From contig OZ249436.1 of NCBI GenBank assembly GCA_965235115.1, forward strand, positions 36,830,001 to 36,894,000: DNA of 64,000 nucleotides. Direction: 5' to 3'. The translations under genes were made by a program, and so were the position numbers. Shown one piece after another: positions 40,948 to 54,120 of the stretch. The notes beneath the pieces were generated by a model. The model made no database searches. It was not told where the DNA came from and saw only the letters and a list, made by a program, of their open reading frames with translations. Positions within the stretch are counted from its first letter, which is position 1. Each line of letters begins with the position of its first letter. The DNA is from Laetmonice hystrix (taxonomy: Eukaryota).

Positions 40948-41081
40948 GAGAGAGAGACAGACAGAGAGAGAGAGAGCGAGAGAGAGAGGGAGAGAGAGAG
41001 AGCGTAGAGAGAGAGACAGAGAGAGAGAGGGAGAGAGGGGGGAGAGACAGGGGGAGAGAGGGGAGAGAGAGACAGAGAGAT

Positions 41082-41122
<41 letters not shown>
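40948..41122 (+). repeat. Imperfect (GA)n microsatellite
   Basis: About 170-bp purine-rich GA run. Confidence 0.97.
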
Positions 41123-41124
<2 letters not shown>

Positions 41125-42714
41125 GGTGGTGTTACTACAAGCATGACGTACCATTCCCCCCAGAAACCCCCATCCCCGAGCCTTGTATTCATATCATAAT
41201 GAATACAAGCCATGCAACTTGCTAACACACCCTCTTGGGTGTACGAGCATGATTAAACTTTCACATCAAAACTTTTGTGAAATACTACAGGACTCTGAGG
41301 ACAATTAAACTTGATAGAATTACCTTAGTATTCTAGTGCACTTAATGTTACAATCGAGTTGTCGGCATTTTCCGTTTTCATCACAGTTAAATTTAATTAG
41401 CCGTACTACATGCAGAGAAGTCGCAGCATGTTGAGACCGGGTGAAAACCAGCCAGCCAGTTTGAGACATGCACACGTTTACAAAGTGTGATCATAAATAA
41501 CGATCTTTAAAAAAGTGGAGTAATCCTTCAGGCCTTTACTCTATAAAACTGTTCTTTCTTTCTTTTCGGTTAATTAATAACATTTCTAATTTATTATTGA
41601 CGTGCGATAATATCCGTTTAGAAAACTATACTGTCAGGGCTGTAGCCTGCGGGGGGGGGGGGGGGGGGGGGGGCAAAGGGGCAACTGCCCCCTGCCCTCT
41701 GGGATTTTCAGTTTTTAAATTATTATTGGGCCTGGATCCCCAACCTTGATACTGGGATTGACACCACTGGTACTTGCTCTGGAGGCACTGCCCCCCGTCC
41801 CCCTAGGTTTGAGCCAGACTACGGCAATGCGTGTGAAAACACAGAACATTGTAGGATGGGTGAAAATAATTAATAACTACTGTCATTCCATTCAGAAATT
41901 TGTAAGTTTCCTTAAAATTTCCATTTATGCCCCAATAATGCAGCATTTTTTCGCAAAGTGTCTCCTGGAACTTGGAATGAATAGAAAGCGAGACACAGTG
42001 AGAGAGAGGTGGTAATTTTACGCCGTATCGGCAGCCAATGCCATCTTCACGGAAAAAAACAAGGTGCAGTCAGAAAAAGACCCGGGACCTATTGTCTCCC
42101 GGGTAGGGGGGAAAAACTCGCACAGCGACACCCAACGTGTCAGATGCGAAATATGACTGATGAAAAATAGTAAGCGTACCGCACAAAATACCGCACACGT
42201 GCACCCCGTCACATCGATCAATTATCGACCCAAGTGCACGTAAGGCATACTAACAGCCTCACTAAATATGTTTATATGAAAATGTAGAACGCCATGAGAT
42301 CATAAACCACTTGATCATCGTATAGGATGATGAAAAGATGGAATGGAAACCAATTCGATCTAGGCCTAAATCTATAACTGAAAAATACAAGAACCGGAAA
42401 CATCCGTTATGTGTTTAAACTCGAACAGTTACTCAGTCACGTGAGAATGATTTCAGTAAAATTATGACACTTAAAATAACGGGTCATATTAATACATTTC
42501 AGGGAGTTTTTCCCCAGTGGATGATGGCACCAAGCATCTGAAGAAGCAGCTGAAGGGAATGAATGGAAGTTACTTTTGTTTATTGATTGACAAAGCGAAC
42601 TGGAAATCAGGTACCAGGTAAGGTTATCTTGGTGGCAAGCTGACAGATTGTAATCTTGGTGGCAAGCTGACAAAAATTATTGCTATCCATCCCGGAATGT
42701 AACTCTGTAAAGAA

Positions 42715-43200
42715 CAGGTGTGCCATGATATATTGCAGTCATGAAATATTGCAGTAATGCGTCAAAATGCGGCAATATTTCATGACTGCAATTTTTCATA
42801 GACATTGGCTATGAAATATTGCAGTCAGGAAATATTGCCGCATTGCGCTTTCGTACTGCAATATTTCATGACTGCAATATTTCATAAGCGGCATTATTCC
42901 ATAGCTACAGCTATATCCATGAAATGCTGCAATATTCCACGGACGGTAATATGTCATAGCTATAGCTGTGGAATAATGCCGCCTATGAAATATTGCAGTC
43001 ATAAAATTGCCTAGTACTACAATATTCCACGGACGGCCATATTTCATAGCCTATGGAATAATGCCGCCTATGAAATAATGCAGTCATGCAATACTGCAAT
43101 ATTTCATATGCAGCAATTTTCCATAGCTACGGGCTATGAAATATTGCAGTGATGCAACGCTGCAATATTTCATAGGCAACAATATTTCATAGTACACCTG
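42715..43200 (-). mobile_element. Second, unexpanded copy of the CAGGTGT..ACACCTG foldback element
   Basis: Reverse complement of both ends of 22627-23416; only about one 95-bp-type unit. Confidence 0.88.
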
Positions 43201-43439
43201 CATAAAATGATTTTCGGCCACCTGCATTCATCGTACAAAATGTACGACGTCGCTTCATCATGGTTTACAGCAGACATCCCAATAACATTTCCCAATAAAT
43301 CATGGCTATGTCAATTAGAAGTTTAGCCCTACACCGCGAGTGAACTCGTTTGTTTGCACCAGCAAGAATTTATGGAGCCCCAGAGTGGCGACGTTGTTGC
43401 CACTGCACGCACAACACTTTTATATCGACTTAGCTTATA

Positions 43440-43455
43440 TACAGGGTGTCCCCGA
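43440..43455 (+). mobile_element. Possible solitary Tc1/mariner-type terminus
   Basis: TA|CAGGGTGTCCC; no partner end found. Confidence 0.3.
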
Positions 43456-46112
43456 AGAGAGAGAGAGAAACAGAGGGAGCTGAGAGAAAGAACTCCTCCA
43501 AAAGTAGCCGTCGCTATTGGATGAATTCAACAAATGTCATACTCATACGTGTCAACATGGTTTGGCGGTGTAAAAGACTATTTGATTGTGTGACCCAGCC
43601 GACAGCATCTCCCGTGTTTCCTGATTGGTGGTCATGCTGCCGGTGATACTTCCGCAACCACTTCAAAATCACATCATCAACTCAAACAAATACAACATTG
43701 TCGGCTGGTTGAATATCTGTCTAATGACAAGGAAATAAGCTGGAACACAACCTTCTAGTAGTGTTTCCCATGTAGCACAACGAAAAAAAGAAGTCTCAGT
43801 ATGGCCATTTCCCATATCGGCAATCCTACTATTTTCCACCTTGACGGTCTGAGATGGCCTTCCTTTACGACGTTGTAAAAAAGAGATCACAAATCAATAT
43901 GTTGCCACTCTTTACCGAGTCCGACTTCCAAGTGAATTTACAGTGCTGCCAATAGCTCTCCACAACGAAATCTTTCCTAGCTGACTTTTTTTTGCCAGAA
44001 TGACAGTACGACGGCCATCAGAGCAGTTAATAGGTTGGGAACGGCAGCTGGAGTCCAAGGGAGCGTTAAATATCTGTCCTGGCGAACTCAGCAGGATGTG
44101 TTTGAACCTGTGTATGACCTTAGAAACAGTACGTCGCTACACGTTCTTCACTATGTCAGTCATGGCAGGCGTATTTTATTGTTCAACATTTACATAAGAT
44201 AGAGAACGCTGTCCCGTATGCGGGTCATCTTTGGGTGATAGACAAAAAGCGAGCGCTATATGTACAAGAAGATCGGGTCGGGTTCATGTAGGCCTATTAT
44301 GTTCTGCGAAACTTACCGAAGTGACGTGACCTTCCGCACTTTCGAGGTAGCTACTTATGCTAACTAAAATACTCCCGTTGTGTTTAATGCTGTTCTTTCT
44401 GCTAACCTGCCAGGTACTTTTCTTTCAGAGACTGACGCTTTTCTTGATTCCCTGCATTTGATGCCCCTTGGGGCCTCTTTTTCCGCTATCCTTTATTTGA
44501 TTTAATTACACCATAACACTTATTACGCGTATGGTCATACGTCTCCGATCATTGCCTCCAGCTGTTTCAAGACGTTGCACAAAGTTTAGTTTTCGGAACA
44601 CAGTTTCGGTGATGAGGTATTCCGCACAAACTGATACGTCGGAGGCAGTTATTCAAGCCGAAGAGATAATAGAGGGAGATGTATGAGCTACTAGAGATGG
44701 CGAACTACAAGGGAACTCATCTAACCCCCAGTCACATGGTTATCAATGCAACGACACATTGAGCAACCGCCTAGCCTTCAGTCTTATTCTCTCCCCTTAA
44801 AAAGCTCCGCATAATAGATGATATCTGCGCCGACCCAGCCTTTCCTTGACATGGTTCATTCGGATGAGGAAAGATAATTGATAGAATTACACCCATATTC
44901 ATCAGATGGCATGAGAGGATATTATAATAGGGCGTATCAATGAGTTATTGTGCCAATGTCAGAACCCTATCGCTGTCTCGGATAAGATCCCAGACAGAAC
45001 ACATCCAGAAATGGCTGAACCTTTGGCTGGCTTGTGGATTCCAATATGAGATATACTGATGCGGGCAGTTCATGGTCGACGGTAACATGCGCCCAACCCC
45101 GTCCAACCCATCAGGGTCTTTAATATGAATCCCTGATTCGCTGTCCTGCCGATTTTCTATTACGGCCTGGGGAAATTCACTGCAGGAAGCAGGCTCATAT
45201 TATTGAAGCGACCTGCGCGCAAATCGGAACTGAAAACGGTCTCATATTTTAAATTCCTTAATGGGTCTGGCAGATCAAGTGGCGGTTCGCATTGCCTGGC
45301 TAACACCTGTGTCCTGTCATTCCAGTCACTATACCACGTTCAAGATCATGTTTATTTCTCTGCGGCTTCTCTTACAACGTAGGAAGCCTTTCATTTTATT
45401 TTGATGGTGCCTCAGCCACCGTAAAGCCACACCAGTTGTAGGATGACACGATATAACATATTCCCGACCCTGCCTTATAATATCTTAGCACGCACATGCA
45501 TGCGCTTGGGAGTATAGCGGGCCATTATACCATCTAAAAAGGTGCGCGCTTATTAGCATAATGGGCATAAGGCCCACGTACATTATACAACCGGGTCCTG
45601 CAAGGTCTTTTCAAGGATTCCGTATTCAATATTTATACCCTACCAGGACACGAGTATTTCGATATTCTTGATGTTTTTGGGTGTGAAATAAATCCTATGA
45701 ACGGAATAGTGTCTACTACCGTCGACAGAGGGTGAGAAATATTCATGTAACTCGGGCCTCTTATCTCAGGTAAGCAGAGACGTAATAGAAACGCCATGGT
45801 ACGTCTTATTCTGTGGCTGAAACATCACACCGATTCCTTCACAGCAGCGAATACGTATTATTGACCGCGTTAAATTCCTTGAAAATGACTTCCATCCATA
45901 ACAAATGGCCGTACTTATTTTCCAGCAGTGTGCTTACATTGAGAATGCATTTAGTGGGCGAGATTGTATGCCATATATTTCCTTGGCTTCCACCCTCTGG
46001 AATATTATAACGACACACACTGTCTATAGACCTCGCCCAGCTAATGCATTATCCACTAGATACCTGCCCTTACAAGAATGTGATGGAAAGGAAGAAAGAA
46101 AGGGAAAGGAAA

Positions 46113-46366
46113 CGGTGGCGGATCCAGGATTTCAGGAAGGGGGAGGGGGGGGGGGGGGCTTTTGGTGGATAATCGGTGGCCCACTATTAGGGTCTCCCCT
46201 AGGAATTTGTGTTGAGTAACGCCGGAGACGTGTTTTCTGAACATATACAATAGAAATTTCTCACAAATCTTTCAACGGAATTCCATTATTTTTATGTATG
46301 AAACATAGAAAATAGGCGAAAGTTTGGAAAATAGAGGGAGGCGAGTGCCCCCTGAATCCGCCACTG
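46113..46366. mobile_element. CAGTGGCGGATCCAGG-type MITE
   Basis: cggtggcggatccagg / cctgaatccgccactg; flanks ggaaa / cgaaa. Confidence 0.75.
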
Positions 46367-49300
46367 CGAAAGAAAGAAAGAAAGAAAGAAAGAACAAAGA
46401 GACACCCCCGGTGATATCATTTGCGGTCAGATTGAGCCAAGCTGTGTCGGGGTCAGGTCCCGTCCGTGTAACCCTGGACGGCGCGTTACGCCAGAATGGT
46501 GGACTGTACATATCTGTGTTGTAACTTACTATAGATGATGAGACAAGTAACCTTAGGCAAGATACATTAGCAGCCTCGAAGCAATTCCCTTCCCGGAGTT
46601 ACCATGGTTCCCACGCAAAAAGTGGTGCACAGCAGGATGCAAGGGGCAGTTTCATAAATGTTCCATTCCCTAAAATTGAAAATAATGGAAGGAAGTTTTT
46701 CAGTGATCCCTAGAGGCGAAGCAAGCAGTGATGCTCTCCACTGACCCACGGCCTCGGCCTGATTTTGACACAGAATACACTGTTGTACTAAAATACAAGC
46801 CCACCCTTCTCTATCTTGACTAAATTGCCATACGATAAAGCGAAGAACTTCAAAGTTGCCTGACATCCATTCCGGGTGACTTCAAAGGGCAATACAATTT
46901 GCTCAAATTCTATGTGGTTGCGGAAAAGTAGCAATTTGTGGTGTAACTCTGCCAGTCACACACCGCTTTACGCGCACGATTGACTATTTTTACGCAGTAT
47001 AAATAAAGGAACTTAAAAAAACCGGCCAACTTTCTTCCTCGGGAAACTGAAGCACAAATCGGCCAGTTCATAAAGTCGGACGACAATCGAAACCTTCCAG
47101 CCCTTAAAAGTGGCACCTGCTCGTAAAAAGGGCACTTTTTGCAACGCAAGGTACGGCCCTGAGAACGTCAGCCTCGATCTTTTATTATTCGATGCCACGT
47201 GTCCTCCCTGTTGGTCGCATAACCGAATACTTGCTTGGAATACGCGATTTTTTAATTTGCACACCAGGGGACGTCTTCAAACCGGGTGCTTGGTTTCTGG
47301 GGGACGTTTGTCCTCCTGGGCATGGTTACCGTATCCGCGGTGATCGAATTCCTAAGGTGACTGACCTACATAACGAGGAGCTAGCTCTCTCTTGTGGTGC
47401 TTGTCCCCAGGGGAGGAAGCTGTCATTTGGACCACTTGTTACAATGTCGTTGAAATAGAAGCAGCCAATTTAACCGGATGGTCGCCTGCTCCGCGGCCAG
47501 TTTTATTAGCTCCAACGAGGAAAACGTGTGACGTTCTTCTGTGATGCGCGATCAAATATTAACGACATCGAACGGTTGAGTGTGAAAGTAATGCGAGTGT
47601 GACGGACAGGTAAGAAGGGTCGACTCGTAATGAGTGACCAGGAAACCCCAGAGGTACATAGGATGATCCCAACTCCGTACCGTGTGACATGGGGTGAAAG
47701 GAAAAGGCTGCAACCTTTCAGGCCACCCGGGATGGGGACAGATTTCCCGACTTTGAAATGGCATTTGGGGAATCCGGGGCACTTAATCTCTACTTCTGCC
47801 TGAGCCTCCATCGCTCTGATGTTCGTAAGAGGTGATGAATGGGGCGAAGTCATTCGGGAATCCTCGGCCATATCTTCGAAAGTAGCCTCGGGTGAAATAG
47901 GCGCAATTTTGAGCATTGCATCGCGGGTACATTTAACCGGGACTCTCGTCAGCATGGCAGTGCTTGCAGTATTTTGCCTGTATCAGGCATGGAAGCAACT
48001 AATTAGGCCTCTAGTGTTTTTCCCAAAGTCAATGGGCAATATTACGATAGTATCATGTTCATGATACAAGTAGTCCTACCATGTGTCGTGGTGTTGTCGT
48101 ACATGGGCGCGGTCATATTGCTTCCCATAATTTGATAAATTACCGTATCACGCCCGTTTAGGTAAATTAGGTGATTCATTTTCTTCTTCAAACGTTCCCC
48201 TTCATACCAGAAATTTATATTTGCACATACAACGCCGAAGGAGCAGGTGTCAATAATGCACTCCTTCCTGGCTCTATGGGATATGACGGTTCACTCAGTG
48301 CCTCGCTACACACCTTCATTTGGCCATGTATCCGGTTGCCAAACATGGCCACTAATCCATCCGAAGGTATATTCGAATAGCAGGAAGTGACGTCATCTGC
48401 CCGAGGGCGTCCCGAATGGGGCGAAGTATGGTACGAGTAACCGGTCGAGCTTTAGAAGTGCAGAATCGGGCGGCACAGATCGGGTTGCGGCCTCCCGTGA
48501 CCTCTCTGATTTGCCCTCGTTATTGCTCCACATCTGGGCCGCCAAAGCTTGGAATGCCCAGCCCTGTCCGTTCGACTCGGCTTACAAAGACTTGCCATTT
48601 TTTCGAAACGGTGGGGATGTCTTTGCAGTGACGGATTGAAAGCGAACTGGTTAACGCCCAGCTGTTTCCAGCGACTCACTCCGTGGTGTCAACGCTGGTC
48701 CAAGGTTAGGGATAAACTCGTATGTGGGTCGAATTTTGGTCACACACGACACACTTTCAACAACCAATCAGCTTTCATTCATCCTGTTGTCAGGCATGGC
48801 CGATTCAGAATCACACCAGAACACGTTCACATTCCACCCAATCTCTGACTGAACCGTTCTGGAGGTTGTTTCTCATAGAAATTACCGTTCACGATGCATG
48901 CCAAAAGAGTGAATATTTCTGAAGTTACAGCTCGTTGTCCCCTCATTCGGAACACCGAGCCCTTTACGATGTAGAGAGACTCGGATACCAATCGGAGGTC
49001 GCCATATTGGGTCAGATGGGGTCAGCGCACTACTGTCGTAGCGTCCCATGTAAACAACAATGGCAGCCACTCGCCAGTGTCTGGGCTGTGGTGCTGTCAG
49101 TAGACGGCTTTCTTCGTTAGTTGGCAAAAAAACTGAAACCGAATTTGTCACGGATTGTAGCCTTTCTTGACAATGACATTAGCCATGAAAACGTGGCCTA
49201 TTCCTTATTTAGCATGTATGATCCGTGCGATAAGAGGATCGAATCAAGGTAGCCAGTCAATTCATGTCAAACCGTTAGGCCTACACGTCACACCCGTTTT

Positions 49301-49984
49301 TCTGTGACGGTTTGAACTTTGACTTGTTTCATTTTACGGGATTGTGACGGTTCATTTTGACGACTTGACTCTCATGTTAAGCATTATGTTGAACACCCTT
49401 GTGTTGAATCCAGTCAAATCAAGGCAAATAATACGGCAAATCCATACTCAAAGTGGTTCAATATTATCAGCCAGGGCGACTCGGAGCCCGCGAACCGCCG
49501 GGCCGCCCTAGCTGTCCCCACCGGGAGCCATCCGTGCGGCACTGCAGTCGTGCAGAGCTGCATGTCGCGAAGTGGCCGGGTCATTTTATTCGATTGATCT
49601 ATGTTTGGTCAAAGTTGTTAACGTACCAACAACTTTATAATGATATCTGATCTATATGAGTTTACTAACACCATTATTAGAGGCCCTAACCACTATATAT
49701 AAGGGACTCAATTTCTGCCGGCATCTCACTACCTGTGCCAGTCTTGTGTCATTGCGCACTGGGGCGATACATGGAATCCATGTATATTAATGCGTCGAGG
49801 GGTGTCCGAGCACAACTACAGCGAAGCGACCGGAAGTTGGGCCGAGGTTTTCCGAATGGTTGTCCCCTCTGTCCTCGGTATATGTTTATGACTTGGAGGC
49901 CGCCGAATAGGCCGGCTTAGTGCTTGCTCCCCGCCCACACGCTGCCAACCGTCTCATGCGCTCATGTCCAGCGTCCCGCGCCGG

Positions 49985-50255
49985 TGTCGCGGTCTGTTTT
50001 CCCCGCCGGTCTGTAATCTCCGGGTGCATGGTTTCCTATTGTTTAGAGGCCGAACCTGACCAAGTGAGCACGCGCGTGTCGCAGTTTGAGCTCACACCTC
50101 CGGTCGTCTGCTTGTTGATGGGCGGTGGAGTTTTCTTACAAACAGTAATAAACGATAGCCTGGATAGGCAAATTGTGGACCAAAACTGACGGGTGAGAAG
50201 ACTCTGCAGCCAACCTCCCGGAGATTTCAGACCGCGGGGAAAACAGACCGCGACA
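49985..50255. mobile_element. Ginger1-like MITE
   Basis: CCGG|TGTCGCGGTCTGTTTTCCCCGC ... GCGGGGAAAACAGACCGCGACA|CCGG; about 40-bp TIR, TGTNR termini, 4-bp CCGG duplication. Confidence 0.85.
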
Positions 50256-50329
50256 CCGGCGCCGGCAATCGGGCCAGTTAGTTGACTTCTCCCGCACCAT
50301 TTAGCCAAAACGCAGTCATACCTCTTCCA

Positions 50330-50695
50330 GTGTTGCCCACCTGGTGGAGCTTGAATTTCTGGAGGTTTAGGCGGATTTAGGAGGTTCTGGAGGATAAATG
50401 GCGTGCATGACGTATATAAAGTCAATCAATCACAAGATAAATGACGTGCATCCTTTCAGTAAGTGGGCTATTCATATTCCGCCTTAATCTCTTATAGCTT
50501 CGCATTCGCATTGTGTGAAAACAACTTTTCTTTCCAGGAATAAAGAAGGCACAGGAGCCTGGGAAAGCTGCAGTCTTCCTTTCCTTTTTACATGGACTTG
50601 TATGACCACCCAGAGTATTGTAAACCGCTGTTACTTTGACCAAAGGAAGAAAGGCTGTCGGCAGAACCTTCCTTACATAATCCTTGGTTGTCGGT
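50330..50695 (+). pseudogene. Decayed protein kinase C-lobe fragment (two exons)
   Basis: Frameshifted LVEL..F..FW / IKKAQE / SIVNRC.FD / EERLSAEPSLHNPWL (subdomain XI-like); GT-AG intron at 50459-50537; AATAAA and an A-run at about 50942-50969. Confidence 0.45.
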
Positions 50696-52029
50696 GGTGA
50701 GACTGTTTAAGTCGACTTGCACAGACTGCTTATTAACGGACGGGTAGGAATGAGGTTTTAGATAGTGGATTTTATAATTATCATGGTAGTACTGTATCCA
50801 GATTCTTAGCCGTTTGACCAGCCTTCTAAAGGCTGAAATAACTGTAGTCGTAGCTTGATCAGTAGCATGGGGCCATCTGGCGTAGTAAATATGCCATTTG
50901 CTTCTATCTATCCTATTGAATGTTTCGTCCTATTGGAATTTAATAAATAATTAAATAATATAAAAAAAACGAAGACAGAAACAGTGAAGTATTTTCTTAC
51001 TCTGTGGTAAGAAATTACGAAAGCGAAAAAAAATGGGATAATTCAGATAAGTCAATGGCATACCTCCCATCCCCATCCCCACCCAACCCCTCTTTACTTG
51101 TTCTCCATATCAATATTCAATCTTCAGCAGTCAGACGAGGCAATAAGGCGGGCTGGAACATGTTGGGAATACATAAAGAAATAACATGGCACATTGACAT
51201 GCCCTTGATCACTAATTGCTCATGCACTTTATTTTTGGCAGCTAGTCGCGAAGGTTTACTCCTATTTGATCCGAAGTGTGTCCCAAGCGAGGCTGATGTT
51301 GCGCGCACAGATCTACACTAAGGCCAAACCGCCCGGATGGTGACGTCATCAGACCACTCTCCCCCATGAGATGGTGCATTCGCTTGTATCCGGTGTACAC
51401 CGTTTCCATCTTTGCTACTCACATTGAACCACTTGATCTTCGCCTGTCTTCCGTCTCGGCCGAGGAATTCCCCCCACCTTTCCATTTTTAACGCTCTGTG
51501 GGGACGTTATCCCACTGTGTGTCAGAAATCAACTCGATAACTTGTTCGGCCGCTCCGTTCGTAACTTTAAGGAACAGTTCTGGATTTAGAGGACTAGTGG
51601 AAACACGGAGGTTACTGTCTCCAAAATGCGATGTCTGGGGCATTTTATTCGAGGCTGACGCATGGCTGTCGACCCATTGCTTATCCTGAAGGTTTCAGAT
51701 ATCTTTCTTATCGACAAGGCCAGCAATTGCTAGGCGGAATGTGGCATTGTTACGATGGGTGACCAGAGATCAGGTAGTCAGGTTCGCTCAAACAGAAAGC
51801 GAAGGAGACACCACCGTCAACGAACCATGCTTCGATAACTGGCATGCGTTGATGGAATGTAGACAGTGGCTGATCTTGCGAGGGCTGGAGGATTGTGGGC
51901 ATTTGTTTCCAGTTGGTGAGTCAATGTGTCAAGGAAGCTTATATCTTTACCGCTTGAGAATTTAGATATTTTTTTTATATTGTTGTTTTCGTTCTTTACC
52001 TTCTTTCTGTACCTCCGCAGGGGGGGGGG

Positions 52030-53808
52030 GGGGTATCTGCGCGCAGCCTGTTTTTCCCACGGCCTGGGATTTATCGTTGGACCGAGGCTCTGTTCAGCAC
52101 CCAATCTTTATATCGTTTTTTTTTATCTTTACTTCTTCATTTCATTCTCCATTCTATCAGTACCATTGTCCTCACTGGCTCTCCCCAGTACTCCACAACT
52201 GGGTCTTCAAAGCCTTGGGTATGCCAAGCCGTATCTGTGCGACTGGGCATATACACTGTATAAGAACCCTTGCAGTATTTCGAAAAGAGTAGGGGATTGC
52301 CTCCCGGTGGCAGGTTTTGTATGACTTGATCCTCCTCGTCACCCATCACCGGGGACTCGGGTATAAAATAAAATGGTTCCTATCGCCCTGAATATGACTG
52401 AAATACAGGGTGTAACAACCACTTTTGTCATTTTTACCACTTTTGTCACAGGTCACCACTTTTGTCACACAAAATGCCCACTTTTGTCACAGGTCACCAC
52501 TTTTGCCACAACGTCGCCCACTTTTGTCGTTCTTAAGGACATCACTTTAGTCATAATTTTTTGACCGGTTTTGTTAAACTTGTCAAGGCCAAAAAAGACA
52601 GCGTGGCAGAAATGAGATGGTTTACGGATAACAGATCCATGAAGTCAGGGGCACATATTGCATTAGTTCATATTAAAACTTTTACTCCGTCGTGAGCAAA
52701 CAATAATCAAGATCTGTGTTGTAAATAGAGTAGGTGAAAGATATGCCAGTATACGCCCTCCTCTAATAAAGTCTTGTGCTATAAATACCAGGTAGTGGTT
52801 TCCATTGCCCAGGTCTGTTTGTCACACCTCACGCCGGCGACTCTGTACGTCAGTCAGTTACAGTTAACAGTTTTACCTGTGGACAGTATGACACCGCCAG
52901 ACATGCTTGGTTGTACGCCTTGTTTTCATTTGGACAGACAGGACGGTGGAAATGGTGTCTTGATTAATGTGAAATATGTTCTACCTGTAAAACCTTCTGA
53001 TGTTTAAGTCGGTGTTCACTTATATTGCTTTGTGGTAAAGAACACACTAAAATACAGCCATGTAGGCAATTTGTTTTGGAGGTGAGATCCTAATTTGTAT
53101 ATAAATGACTGTAACTATGTTGACCTTGACGTTGGGTGACGACTGTCGTATGCAGAACGTCGGTGTCACGTGCCTCATTGTTCATGGTGCCCTTATTTTA
53201 TCATTTTTATTAATATGTTTTAATGAAATCAACTTGCAGGAAGAAACTATGAATGGTCCCCCTATTTTTAGTGCTACAGACGGGATCTACACCTCCAGGG
53301 CTTTGGTTGTTGCCTGTAAAATGTTTTTATCATAGTAAAACAATGTGGTTGTGTGGGACACCACTCTGGAGGTCCAGTTTGACCTCCCCACTATATAAAG
53401 CCAGGAAAGCACTGGTCAAATGTACAGTGAACGGTCACGTCTGAAAGTATCGCTTAGATAGACTCGGGTCTGTCTCCCATGAACTGGCTGATGGGTCGGA
53501 AGGAGCTTGCATGGGTCCACGTTCGGTCGTAGTCTGGCAACACGTGCTGATGGTTCAAACACTGACAGTATGATGAGTCACTTAGTGTCCACTTGGAGGC
53601 GGGAGGGTGCAAGCCTGAGAAAAGTGCGACATGACTCTTCTAAAGGGATGTAGCAATACAACCCGTTCCCCGTCAGTGGGTCGATCTGTGGCATAGTTCC
53701 GTATGGCGGCTACCATTGGGTTATCACGTGTTGTCTCAGACGCCAGATCTTCGAACGGTAGGATGAACGAATCTAGTCGACTAAGACCAAATTCACTTTT
53801 TTTTCTTT

Positions 53809-53856
<48 letters not shown>

Positions 53857-54029
53857 TCTCTCTCTCTCTCTGCATCCCTCTGCCTCTCCCCCGTATCTCT
53901 CTTTCTCCCTCCCTTTCACCCTCCCCCATATCTCTCCTTTCCCCTCTCTCTCTTTCTCCCTCTCTCTCTCTATTGCCCTCCCCATCTCTCTTTCCTCTCT
54001 GTCTGTCTGTCTGTCTGTCTGTATGCCTC

Positions 54030-54120
<91 letters not shown>

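Noticed and set aside
43669..44150. OB-fold-like or transposase HTH-like peptides on the minus strand (RIAD..TWE; RRTVSKVIHRF)
   Set aside because: The resemblance is too short and fragmentary to support without a search.
51340..51450. Cold-shock-domain-like KIKWFNV on the minus strand
   Set aside because: The GYGFI (RNP1) and DVFVH motifs are missing.
51600..51880. Tyrosine-kinase-like words SPKCDVWG and DQVVRF..C..LM
   Set aside because: The spacing is wrong, there is an in-frame stop, and no supporting splice structure or upstream motifs are present; probably chance.
52774..53444. ORFs duplicated at 62008-62678, suggesting a conserved gene
   Set aside because: The identity reflects the recent transposon duplication, not selection on a protein.
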